The notes under the pieces: generated by a model
The model's input: the letters and a program-made list of their open reading frames with translations, nothing else
What the model was told of the DNA's origin: nothing
Databases searched by the model: none
In this document: piece after piece, positions 10,714 through 19,874 of the stretch
How the letters are laid out: each line of letters opens with the position of its first letter
Numbering within the stretch: the stretch's first letter is position 1
Position numbers and translations under genes: made by a program
Origin: an uncultured Methanomicrobiales archaeon
Lineage (GTDB): Archaea; Halobacteriota; Methanomicrobia; Methanomicrobiales; Methanospirillaceae
Assembly (NCBI GenBank): GCA_963697895.1
Contig: OY969100.1
Coordinates: 96,001-160,000, forward strand
Length of the DNA: 64,000 nt
Reading direction: 5' to 3'

Positions 10714-10862
10714 ACTGCCAGCTCTTCAAGAAAGTCGCTCCCGCTTTTTGTGGAATATGTTCCCGATTTATATTCTGCAAATGCTTTTTCGGTCTGTTCC
10801 GCGAAGAGAATATCTTCACGCAGGGCCGGTTCCCGTTCATCGAGAGGTTTGAGCATAAATCG
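10707..10862 (-). pseudogene. C-terminal remnant of the antitoxin partnered with the RelE fragment
   Basis: FMLKPLDEREPALREDILFAEQTEKAFAEYKSGTYSTKSGSDFLEELAVW* overlaps the RelE start (ATGGTGA); no N-terminal DNA-binding domain. Confidence 0.6.
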
Positions 10863-10867
10863 TTCTA

Positions 10868-11092
10868 TCAATACGCAGGGGCGGTCTGCTCATCCCGCAC
10901 CTCTTCATCATGCTCTTCATGGATCCGGTTGAGGTCCAGCTCAGGTATGGTACCAAAAAGGTCGGAGAGCGGCTTTATCGGCCGAAGTTCTATCCGGTTT
11001 TCATCCGCATCAAGGGTGAAGAGGGCGGAAAAGCGTTTCCGGATCTTACCCCGGATCCTCCCATTTTTATCCATTTTTACTAACTCTGCCAT
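10868..11092 (-). CDS. AbrB/MazE-family antitoxin, possibly degenerate, with its toxin deleted
   Basis: MAELVKMDKNGRI...IELRPIKPLSDLFGT; the AbrB core appears shortened. Confidence 0.6.
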   Translation of the reverse strand: MAELVKMDKNGRIRGKIRKRFSALFTLDADENRIELRPIKPLSDLFGTIPELDLNRIHEEHDEEVRDEQTAPAY

Positions 11093-11161
11093 ATTGATCA
11101 ACATATGGCATAATACTAATTCAGGAAGACCACAGCGATTCGACGGATACACTCCTCTCCC

Positions 11162-12256
11162 TCACCCCACGAGCCCGATCACCACCGCCCCGGCGATCAT
11201 CACGATCGCCCCGGTCATCCGGGCGCTGATGTGCCGTTCGTGGAGGATGAGCCAGCCGAAGAGGACGGCGAAGAAGATGGAGAGGCGCTTCACGGTGATC
11301 ACGTAGGGGACGATCGAGAGGGTGTACGCGGTGTTGATCGAGATCCCCTCGAGGGCGAGCATCGCCCCGACGGCCGCGAACGCGAGGGGGGCGGGATAGG
11401 GGAACGGGGTATCGGGCTGGTTCCGTGTTATGGATGAGTCCTGGCTGTCCGGTGTGCTCCGCGGATCCGCCGGTGAGATCTCCCGTTCAGGCTTCAGTTC
11501 GTCCGGTGTGCTCCGCGGATCCGCCGGTGAGATCTCCCGTTCAGGCTTCAGTTCGTCCGGTGCGTTCCGCGGATCCGCCGGTGAAGTGATCTCCGGTTTC
11601 GGTTCGTCCCGTGCCCCGCCTCCCCGTGACAGGAATGTGCCTTTCCTCCCGGCAACGACCGCGATGAGGAGGAAGGAGACGGCGAGGAAGAGGGACGTCA
11701 GCCCGGCGCCGAAGATCGGGCCCGAGTTGGTCACCACCTCCTTGTCGTAGTTGACCGAGATGCTGTAGAGGAACGCGACGAGGATCATGAGCTGTACCCC
11801 GCGTTCGGAGCGGAGCGTGTGGAACGGGGTGAGCAGGGAGGCGTCCCCGGGTACCCGGGCGAGGAGGAAGGCCCCGGCGGTGACGAGGAGGATCCCCGCG
11901 GCGCCGGCCGCGGAGGGGAGCTCCCCGAGGATGACGAACGAGGTGAGGATGAGGAAGACCGGGGTGAAGGCGAGCATCGGCACGCAGAGGGAGAGGTCGG
12001 TGGTGGAGAGTGCCCGGAGGAAGAGGATCGTTGCCGCGATGTTGATCGCGACGGTGACCGCCAGGGCCGGAAAGAGCCCCGGGCCGAGGGGCGGGATGCC
12101 GGAGAAGAAGGCGACGAGGAGGAGGATCGCGGAGGCGGCGAGGTACGAGAACCCGGCGAGCACGTAGGGGGAGAACCAGCGGAGGAGGACCTTGAAGGAG
12201 AGGCTTTCCGCCGCCTGGCTTACGGCACCGATCAGCGCGAGGGGGAACCAGAGCAT
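11162..12256 (-). CDS. EamA/DMT-family transporter with a repetitive loop insertion
   Basis: About 10 hydrophobic segments; DLSLCVPMLAFTPVF, YVITVKRLSIFFAVLFG...E. Likely start MLWFPLAL at 12256. Confidence 0.9.
   Translation of the reverse strand: MLWFPLALIGAVSQAAESLSFKVLLRWFSPYVLAGFSYLAASAILLLVAFFSGIPPLGPGLFPALAVTVAINIAATILFLRALSTTDLSLCVPMLAFTPVFLILTSFVILGELPSAAGAAGILLVTAGAFLLARVPGDASLLTPFHTLRSERGVQLMILVAFLYSISVNYDKEVVTNSGPIFGAGLTSLFLAVSFLLIAVVAGRKGTFLSRGGGARDEPKPEITSPADPRNAPDELKPEREISPADPRSTPDELKPEREISPADPRSTPDSQDSSITRNQPDTPFPYPAPLAFAAVGAMLALEGISINTAYTLSIVPYVITVKRLSIFFAVLFGWLILHERHISARMTGAIVMIAGAVVIGLVG
11447..11609. repeat. 54-bp coding tandem repeat x3 (DELKPEREISPADPRSTP)
   Basis: Units start near 11448, 11502 and 11556, in frame within EamA. 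Confidence 0.92.
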
Positions 12257-12421
12257 GTGCACCGGAAGGTAGGGAGGACGGGTGGATAAGGGTGCGGCCT
12301 CCTCCGGACATTCGCGCTCTTCGCATACATGAGTATGATGGACGGGGTTCCCAAACACCGCCTATTCCTGCCGGAGAGAACATTTTTCAGGAGAAAGCAC
12401 GATATAGTCTCACGAGGGTAT

Positions 12422-12646
12422 ATGCAGATCCTACGATTTTCTGTCGTTATCGAGAAAGATGCCGACGGCTATGTCGCATTCGTTCCCGACCTCCCGGGAT
12501 GTTATACCCAGGGCGACACCTATGAAGAGGTCGTTCTCCAGATACGTGACGCCATCAGGCTCCACATCGAGGACCGGATGAGCAGGGATGAGCAGATCCC
12601 ACAGCCCGAACTGGTGAGCTTCACCACGGTGGAAATTCCGGTATGA
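12422..12646 (+). CDS. hicB: HicB-family antitoxin
   Basis: VIEKDADGYVAFVPDLPGCYTQGDTYEE. Confidence 0.92.
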   Translation: MQILRFSVVIEKDADGYVAFVPDLPGCYTQGDTYEEVVLQIRDAIRLHIEDRMSRDEQIPQPELVSFTTVEIPV

Positions 12647-12858
12647 AAGAGAAGCTGCCACGGGTTGAGGCGGTGGTGGTGATATCAGCCCTCGAAAGGA
12701 AGGGTTTTGTCCTTGTCCGCCAGAGCGGAAGCCATAAGATATTCCGGAATGAGCAGGGTATACGGGTTACCGTACCCTGTCACGCGGGAAAGATCCTGCA
12801 TCCGAAAATTCTTCGTGCGATCCTCACTGACGCAGATCTTTCCCCCGAAGATCTCTAA
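12643..12858 (+). CDS. hicA: HicA-family mRNA interferase toxin
   Basis: GFVLVRQSGSHKIF, VTVPCH; ATGA overlap with hicB. Confidence 0.92.
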   Translation: MKEKLPRVEAVVVISALERKGFVLVRQSGSHKIFRNEQGIRVTVPCHAGKILHPKILRAILTDADLSPEDL

Positions 12859-13126
12859 AAAAAAACATCAGTAACCGGCGCCCGATTCGTGACCCGATCC
12901 AAGACTGCACCCCCCCTTCGCAGACATTCCTCCTTCCCGCCGTCTGGCCACCCCGCTACCCACCCCGGTCCACTGGCGGGAGAAAGGTCGCCGGTTTCTG
13001 CGGGAACCCCGGTGATGCACCTGCACGATGCGGATCCGGGTCCCGATTCACGGTGAGCCTGCCTGTTTCCTTCGGTGGATCTCTCTCATGAGAAAATAGC
13101 AGACGGACCGGGACCGGTGCCGACGT

Positions 13127-13558
13127 TCATCCCCGACCGGGATACGACTCCCCTGCCTGCTGCTCCGCATACGCCATCGAGAAATGGACCATCCCGAAGC
13201 GCCACCGGTCATCGGTCTTTTGGAGCACGGCGGTCACCCGGCCGGCAAGGGTATGCCGTTCTTCCCCGATCATTACCGCGAAGGTGGCGCCGGCCATGAT
13301 CCAGGCGACCGGCATCGCACCGTGGATCCGGATGTCCGTAAAACGAAGTGCGATCTGGTCGGCCTGGACAAAGTCCCGGGTAACCTGGGCGACGAACGCG
13401 TCGTAGCCGGTGATCACCTCGTCCGGGCCGCTCCCGAACCCGCAGATATCCGGCGAGACCAGGGAACAGATCCCCCCCAAATCTTTCTCCGCGTAAGCGC
13501 GTGCGTAGCTCTCGAGCATCTCCTGGATCTCCGCGTTCACCGGTGAACTAAGTGCCAT
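13127..13558 (-). CDS. NTF2/SnoaL-like domain protein
   Basis: YARAYAEKD, GSGPDE, GRVTAVLQKTDDRWRFGMVHFS. Confidence 0.82.
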   Translation of the reverse strand: MALSSPVNAEIQEMLESYARAYAEKDLGGICSLVSPDICGFGSGPDEVITGYDAFVAQVTRDFVQADQIALRFTDIRIHGAMPVAWIMAGATFAVMIGEERHTLAGRVTAVLQKTDDRWRFGMVHFSMAYAEQQAGESYPGRG

Positions 13559-13783
13559 GGAGATGAGTGGATGCGCCGGGGTATAGAGAATGTGGTCCGG
13601 TTCGTGATGGCCCGAATCGGGGTCAAACATGGATGGGATCTCCGTGGGACCCGGTGCCGGGGATCCCTTTGTTTAAGCGATCATCCCGAGTGGACGATTC
13701 CCGGTACGATAACGATAACGAAACTAATTATAAAAGAAACCCGTGAATCCGGTTGCAGGTTTTAAAAAAGAGGTTGTTATTTC

Positions 13784-14896
13784 CTAGAGATAGGGGAACG
13801 GGATATTCTTCGGGATAAGATTGTTGGGGTTCACGATCGAGGTCGGATATATGCCGCCGCCCGCGTACGGGGACAAAGGAATACTATAGGTAAGTGGTAC
13901 GTTCACCGGGAGGTTCACTGGGGCGGAGTATGCATTCGGGAACGGGATATAGGGAGACAGGGGGGTGAATACACCGGGAGTAGTCCCGGAACCGCCGGTA
14001 CCGGGCGCGGGGAAATTCGAAGGCGCGGTATAGCCGAGCGGCGCGAGGATCAGCTCGGCATAGACCGGGAAGACGAGGCCCGGGGTGGAGCCGATCGTCA
14101 GCTGCCGGGTGTACGGGTAGAACCCGGTCTTCTGGATGGTGATCACGCGGGTGCCCGTGGGGATCTTTGCGTACAGAGGCGTCTGGCCCGCGTAGACCCC
14201 GTCGACAAAGACCGATGCGCCGGCAGGAATCGACGTGGCGTGGATGTTCGCATCGGCAAATGCCGGGTTCCCGACCGTCAGGGTCTTTGCGGTAACCAGC
14301 TGGCCGTTCACAAAGACGGCGACCCGGATGACTCCGGTGTCGATGCCGGAGACGTACACGGGGATCTCGAAGTTCGGTGCGCCGACCGACTCCACCTTGA
14401 TAGTGACGGTGGCGATGACGCTCGTCGCGTCGCCGGCCGCAGTGCCGGAGAACAATGCAGCATGTTCCTGTCCCGGCTCGATATCGGTGCCCGTTTCAAG
14501 CCCGTCGATCTCCCGGGAGAAGACGCCTCCTTCGGAGATCCCTTCGACGATATAACTCAGGTCGGACTCCGTGAGGACGATCCGGTTGGTCGCCGTGTGT
14601 TCGAGCGTGACGGTGGCATTGCTCTTCGTGAACTCTATCGGCCAGGTCATGTTCGTCAGGTTGAAGGCGAACTCCCCTCCCGGCAGGACGCCGAACTCTC
14701 CCTGGACCTGGAGGGAGATCGGGGTGTTGTTCGGAAGACCGGTCACGTCGACCGTGAACATGCCGCCGGGTGCGATGGAATCCGGCTGGACGGTGACCGT
14801 GGTCGCCATGCCGATACCCACAAAGATGCTTGCAAAAAGGATCAGGACACCCCATATCCTGAGATGTACAAATGGGTTTCCCCGCTTTGATCTCAT
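13784..14896 (-). CDS. Secreted PEGA-domain surface protein
   Basis: Signal peptide; PEGA motif TSIPAGASVFVDGVYAGQTP...KTGF; Pro-rich tail. N-terminal domain is paralogous to 15927-16844. Confidence 0.82.
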   Translation of the reverse strand: MRSKRGNPFVHLRIWGVLILFASIFVGIGMATTVTVQPDSIAPGGMFTVDVTGLPNNTPISLQVQGEFGVLPGGEFAFNLTNMTWPIEFTKSNATVTLEHTATNRIVLTESDLSYIVEGISEGGVFSREIDGLETGTDIEPGQEHAALFSGTAAGDATSVIATVTIKVESVGAPNFEIPVYVSGIDTGVIRVAVFVNGQLVTAKTLTVGNPAFADANIHATSIPAGASVFVDGVYAGQTPLYAKIPTGTRVITIQKTGFYPYTRQLTIGSTPGLVFPVYAELILAPLGYTAPSNFPAPGTGGSGTTPGVFTPLSPYIPFPNAYSAPVNLPVNVPLTYSIPLSPYAGGGIYPTSIVNPNNLIPKNIPFPYL

Positions 14897-15105
14897 GTGT
14901 TAAGGATGTGTGATTCTTCATATGAATCTTTGGGCAGGGAAACGGGGGATCAATCGCTCCGGATTATGCTCTTTTTGGAAAATAAAGGGAAATGGCCGGT
15001 TTTCTCCAGAAATATACAACGGGTTGGATAAAAAGGCGGAATATAATCGGGGGAATAGTGGTGCGCCGTTATCCCCTGTTCCAAAAAAAGGTTGAATGTT
15101 CCCGG

Positions 15106-15417
15106 TCAGAACAGGGACGGAATGGTCACCGGGAGAATGTCGTTCGGGTTCACGACATGCCCGGCGGACGGGGAGAGGATGGGAATCGCGTTGATGATCG
15201 GCTGGATGAAGAAGTTCCACAGGATCGCGTCGAGGATCGGGATGTTCACCTGGACGGCATTGCTGTCGCTGCCCGGGAGACCGCTCACGTCCACCGGGAG
15301 AATGTCGCCGGGAGCGACGATCTCCGCGGTACCGGCAGCCACAAATATGCTTGCAAAAAGGATCAGGACAATCCATACCCTGAGATGTGCAAATGGGTTT
15401 CCCCTGTTTGATCTCAT
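15106..15417 (-). CDS. Small secreted protein, internally deleted paralog of 13784-14896
   Basis: MRSNRGNPFAHLRVWIVLILFASIFV vs MRSKRGNPFVHLRIWGVLILFASIFV; shares APG..VDV.GLP and the C-terminal VNPN..P..IP. Confidence 0.7.
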   Translation of the reverse strand: MRSNRGNPFAHLRVWIVLILFASIFVAAGTAEIVAPGDILPVDVSGLPGSDSNAVQVNIPILDAILWNFFIQPIINAIPILSPSAGHVVNPNDILPVTIPSLF

Positions 15418-15926
15418 ACGTAAGGATATCGTGATTCGTCTTATGAATCTTTGGACAGAACACCAAAGATTAATCGCTCCGGCTTCTGCTCCATCGGGTG
15501 AATGGTGGGAAATGGTTGGTTTTTGCATACCCGGTGCCCGTCTGATGACGGGATCGGGGTGAGGATCGGCGGAATTGCCGTGCGCTAGCTCTCCGGAAAT
15601 TCTCCGGGCGATTTTTGATGAAGCGGGGATGTCAGGGGTTTTCCCGGGCGGCCTTGGGGATTCCGAGAACGGGGACGCATCCCGGTTGACAACCGTTGCC
15701 GGAGTGCAGAAAATTCCGGAGAACCGGGAGAACATTGCATGCAGCGGAGAACCGGGGGATGCAGGGGAACGGAAATGCTGCAGGGGAAAGCGGGGAAATT
15801 CCGGAGCACGGGAGAACATACGCCGGATGGTCAGATCGGTGAAGAGGAGATCGGAGGAACATTCCGTCTGATCGGGTACCGGTGAATACTTCTCCCTTCA
15901 GCAAGAACGGGTACTGTACCTGAGGG

Positions 15927-16844
15927 ATGGGAATGAAGAAGGGATTGAAGAGCATCATCGGCAGCCTGATCCTCGCAGCGATCTGCTGTCTCTGTGTTGC
16001 AGGCGGAGCAGCGGTCGCGGTCACCGCACCGGACCAGATCCAGCGGGGGGACACGGTCTCGATCACCCTGCAGAGCCTTCCGGATAATGCGACTTTTGCG
16101 CTCCGGATCACCGGCACGTTCGCCGTGACACCCGGAGGGGAGTTCAATTTCGAGGCGGATGACTTCCAGATGCCGTTCTCCCTGGTGGACAGCCAGATCA
16201 GCGCGACGATCCAGAACTCGGCCACGAACGTCCTTGCCGTGAAGAAGGGGGACGTCACGGTGCAGAAGTCAGGCAGTTCGACCAACGGACAGTACTCGAC
16301 CGCGCAGTCCGTCACGATCTCGAACGGGACTTATGATTATATGCGGCTCTCCGGGACCGCGTCACCGGATGCAACCACGGTGATCACGAACCTGGAACTT
16401 ACCGGGAAGAAGTCCGGGCCGGATACCGGCGTGATATCGTTCGTCGTGCAGGGGATCGACGCGGGGACCGTGGACGTGACCGCATCCGTTGACGGGTCGA
16501 CCGTGCTGACAAAGACCGTGACCGTCGGTACCGGGGTCACCGTCGTCCCGACGACCAGCATCCCGGCAACCACGTACTCGCAGCCGTCCACGGGAGGGGG
16601 CGGCGGTGGCGGTTCATCGGCAGCGACCACGACCACGGTGCCGACCGCGACGGTAAATGAATCCGCAAACGTTACCGCGACGGGAACACCCGGGCCGGTC
16701 TTCACCACGGAGACGATCACCCCGGAGCAGACCCCGAGCCCGACGACACCGGTCTCCACCCCCACCCAGACGGCGCTCGGGGTCCTGCCCCTGCTCGGTC
16801 TCGTGATCGCGTCGCTGCTCATGTACAACCGGTCCCAGAGATAA
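15927..16844 (+). CDS. Secreted surface glycoprotein with Thr/Pro/Gly linker and C-terminal membrane anchor
   Basis: Signal peptide, beta-rich domain, GGGGG and T/P-rich linker, then a hydrophobic helix and basic tail. This resembles an archaeosortase target, but there is no literal PGF. Confidence 0.8.
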   Translation: MGMKKGLKSIIGSLILAAICCLCVAGGAAVAVTAPDQIQRGDTVSITLQSLPDNATFALRITGTFAVTPGGEFNFEADDFQMPFSLVDSQISATIQNSATNVLAVKKGDVTVQKSGSSTNGQYSTAQSVTISNGTYDYMRLSGTASPDATTVITNLELTGKKSGPDTGVISFVVQGIDAGTVDVTASVDGSTVLTKTVTVGTGVTVVPTTSIPATTYSQPSTGGGGGGGSSAATTTTVPTATVNESANVTATGTPGPVFTTETITPEQTPSPTTPVSTPTQTALGVLPLLGLVIASLLMYNRSQR

Positions 16845-16849
16845 CCGCA

Positions 16850-16858
16850 TTTTTTTTT
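16850..16858 (+). terminator. Poly-T tract, putative archaeal terminator
   Basis: T9 run a few bases after the stop codon at 16844. Confidence 0.45.
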
Positions 16859-17097
16859 CGAATGAAAAATTCAGGGATAGTAGCCACGATCCGGATGAGG
16901 AATTACCCCGGAATCGGCCTTGGTCTCCTCCTGCTCTTTCATCCATATGCCCGATCGTGGCAGAATGATTCCCCCGGTTTCATCGATTCGGACGACCGGG
17001 AAACGATAGGACGAACCTGATGAACCGCTTTACCGCTCCCGGACTGCCCCCTCCCCCTCCCTTATAATCCCAGAAAATAACCTTTCTGTCAGTTGAC

Positions 17098-18090
17098 ATG
17101 AGCACCGATCCCGATACCCCGGCAGACCGTATCATCGGTGCATTTTCCGGGAAGAATTTTCCCACGGATCTGAAGATCGTCTATGTCTGGCTCTTCCTGG
17201 CGGTCGCCGGGATTTACGTGCCGGTCCTGAACGAGAGCCCGCTCCGGGTCGTTTTTGCGCTCCCCGTTGTCCTGTTCATCCCCGGGTACTGCCTGATCGC
17301 GGCGCTCTTCCCGGGGAACGGGGATATCGACGGGATCGAACGGGTCGCCCTCTCCTTCGGCCTCTCGATCGCGGTCGTTCCCCTGATCGGCCTCGCGCTG
17401 AACTATACCCCGTGGGGGATCCGGCTCGACCCGATCGTCGTCTCGCTCGTCATCTTCACCGTGGTGATGGCCCTCATCGCCCAGTACCGGCGATTCCTGC
17501 TCCCGGAGGAGGCCCGGTTCCGGGTGCCGTTCCGGTCGATGGCGGACGGGGTCAGGGAAGAGTTCTTCACAAAACAAGGGACCCGCCTGGACCGGGCACT
17601 CAGTATCATCCTCCTCGTCGCGATCGTCGCGGCGGTCGGTACCACCATCTTCGTGATCGCGGTCCCGAAGGAAGGCGAGAAGTTCACGGAGTTCTACATC
17701 CTCGGGGCGGAAGGGAAGGCGGCCGACTACCCGGAGGACCTCTTTGTCGGCCGGCCGGACCAGGTTATCATCGGCATCGGCAACCACGAGTACCGGAATG
17801 TCACCTACGTGACCGAGATCTGGCTGACGAACACGAGCTTCGATACCACGACCAATACGACCCTCGTGGACCGGATGGTGCTCCTCGACCGGTTCAACGC
17901 GACCCTGCCCCACAACGAGACCTACCAGGAGCCGCACCCGTTTACGGCACCGGCGACCGGGTACAACCAGCTCACCTTCCTCCTGTTCATGGATGCAGCC
18001 CCGCCGGATTCACTCACCGGCTACGAGCGGATCAACAGCAGCTACCGGGACCTCCACCTCTGGGTGACCGTCCGGCCGCCGAGAGCGTGA
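17098..18090 (+). CDS. DUF1616-family membrane protein
   Basis: LFIPGYCLIAALFP, ERVALSFGLSIAVVPLIG, EKFTEFYILG, YRDLHLWV. Confidence 0.9.
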   Translation: MSTDPDTPADRIIGAFSGKNFPTDLKIVYVWLFLAVAGIYVPVLNESPLRVVFALPVVLFIPGYCLIAALFPGNGDIDGIERVALSFGLSIAVVPLIGLALNYTPWGIRLDPIVVSLVIFTVVMALIAQYRRFLLPEEARFRVPFRSMADGVREEFFTKQGTRLDRALSIILLVAIVAAVGTTIFVIAVPKEGEKFTEFYILGAEGKAADYPEDLFVGRPDQVIIGIGNHEYRNVTYVTEIWLTNTSFDTTTNTTLVDRMVLLDRFNATLPHNETYQEPHPFTAPATGYNQLTFLLFMDAAPPDSLTGYERINSSYRDLHLWVTVRPPRA

Positions 18091-18308
18091 GGGGAGTTTT
18101 CAACGAATTCACAGGAACCCAGGATCTCTATGGGAGGGGGACACCACCTCCCCGTCCCTCCCCCGAATGGGATAGGACTGGATAGGGATATGATTCAATA
18201 AAGTTTTTTTTTCAACTGGTATCCTGGCTTTACCTCTGGTACTGTATCAGAATATCGTTGGATGGATTTGGGGTTCTTTTGAAAATTGATTATATTCCGG
18301 ATCAACCT

Positions 18309-18359
18309 CCTATCCCATTTGGGGCGCCGCAGCGGCGGGGCGAAGCCCCGGGAGCGTCA
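18309..18359. repeat. Dispersed REP-like repeat, copy 1
   Basis: cctatcccat..ggcgccgcagcggcggggcgaagccccgggagcgtc also occurs at 25731 and 25822; contains a ggggc-gaa-gcccc hairpin. Confidence 0.85.
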
Positions 18360-18406
18360 GAAATATACGAAACATTCAGCAATCGTTTCGAACCTAAAAA
18401 AAAAAT

Positions 18407-19222
18407 TTAATCCGGGAATTCCCCGCCCGCACCCGGAGGAACCGTTTCCCCTTCCTTCTTCCCCGGTATCGTCGGCTTCAGGAAGATCTTCACGTCCTTC
18501 TTCCCGACACTGACCCGTGATATCGTCACGGGTTGGTTCGTCCCCTTCGCGTACATGCACGCGATCAGGCTGCAGACCGGGCAGGGATGCATTGTGCAAC
18601 ACTTCGGGGACTCCTGCATCACCGTTTTGCAGCCGGATATGAGCCGGTATCCCTGGAGATCGACGATGACTGCATCCCCCTCGGCGGTTGTCTGCACCGT
18701 ATCGGCGATCTCGAGGACATCCGTGCAGACCTCACCGATCGCAGCGAGGAGTGCGTCGGGTTCGGAGGGGAGGCGGAGCCCATGGGTCTTTTCCAGGAAG
18801 GTGAGCAGGGGTATGCCGGCCGGGGTGACTATGACCCCGTTCCCCGTCTCCCCGGTGAGGTAGCTCCCGTTCTCCGGGAGTTCCTGCGGGATCGTGTCGG
18901 AGACCGGGATCACCTCTTTCACCGTGCCGTTGACCGGGACGAAGCAGGCATCCCCTCCGGCCCCGAGGTCCGCACACATCCGGGAGACGTTGATCGTCCC
19001 CGCGACCGGGAGAAGGCTCACCATCCGGGTATCGAGGGGCTCTCCCTTGGAGAGGGTCAGGAGGAAGATCCCGGCGATAAAACAGGACGTCCCGGCGAGG
19101 ACGATCGTCGCGGTCGTCAGGTCGCCCCGGCCGGAGAAGACCGTGATCACGAGGAGGACTGCTGCCGTGACGATGAGCACGCTCCCCCCCAGGAAGTAAT
19201 CGTTGAACGGTCTCGGTTTCAT
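18407..19222 (-). CDS. Membrane-anchored hypothetical protein with a Cys-rich C-terminal motif
   Basis: Likely start MKPRPFND at 19222; two TM helices; CCTMHPCPVCSLIAC motif. Confidence 0.7.
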   Translation of the reverse strand: MKPRPFNDYFLGGSVLIVTAAVLLVITVFSGRGDLTTATIVLAGTSCFIAGIFLLTLSKGEPLDTRMVSLLPVAGTINVSRMCADLGAGGDACFVPVNGTVKEVIPVSDTIPQELPENGSYLTGETGNGVIVTPAGIPLLTFLEKTHGLRLPSEPDALLAAIGEVCTDVLEIADTVQTTAEGDAVIVDLQGYRLISGCKTVMQESPKCCTMHPCPVCSLIACMYAKGTNQPVTISRVSVGKKDVKIFLKPTIPGKKEGETVPPGAGGEFPD

Positions 19223-19352
19223 GGATCCTCCACTCTGATGCCGGGAAGTAACCCTACATCGATATCTCCCCGGACAGGAATCGTGGTGCACTCCGTTTTC
19301 ACCGGGCGATCCCCGGTTCCGCCGAATGGGTTCACGGGGCAGGACAGGAATT

Positions 19353-19814
19353 TCATGTGACGTCCCTCCGGAAACGGGCGGTATACTGGTGCTCGGCGAG
19401 GAGACAGATCCCCACCACGGCCAGGCCTGCAATGACCAGCACGAAGAGCGGGGTGGACACATGCCGGAAAGCCAGGACAAAGCCTGTAACCGCAGCGGCG
19501 GCAAGGCAGAAGATACCGAAGACCGCCCCGTCCCGCACCGAGCGGAGGGACCCCGTTCCCTCGAGGAGAAGCGCGAGGAGGAGGAGCTGGAGCACGAGGG
19601 CCGCCCAGGGGCTGACCGCACCCGCCGCGACGACCGCCGGTTCCCCGGCGCAGAGGACGTAGAACCGGTTTATCTCCCGGATCAGCGCATAGAAGGCGAC
19701 GAGAAGGAAAATTCCGCATACGAGGGTCTGGATGTACCAGTATGGGGAGATCGGGACCAGGAGGATATTCCCGGCACCGAACAGGATGACAAGGATAACC
19801 GGCAGTGCCCGCAC
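19353..19814 (-). CDS. Hypothetical integral membrane protein
   Basis: Multiple hydrophobic helices; operonic position. The true start may be the ATG at 19868, reached across a frameshift. Confidence 0.6.
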   Translation of the reverse strand: MRALPVILVILFGAGNILLVPISPYWYIQTLVCGIFLLVAFYALIREINRFYVLCAGEPAVVAAGAVSPWAALVLQLLLLALLLEGTGSLRSVRDGAVFGIFCLAAAAVTGFVLAFRHVSTPLFVLVIAGLAVVGICLLAEHQYTARFRRDVT

Positions 19815-19874
19815 TCAGATCACCCCGGCACGAGGATCCGGTATAAGACACAAACTCCCGCGGATCATTTCAGA

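Noticed and set aside
15590-15830. Purine-rich ccggagaac-like motifs in the divergent spacer
   Set aside because: No consistent period or unit could be defined by eye.
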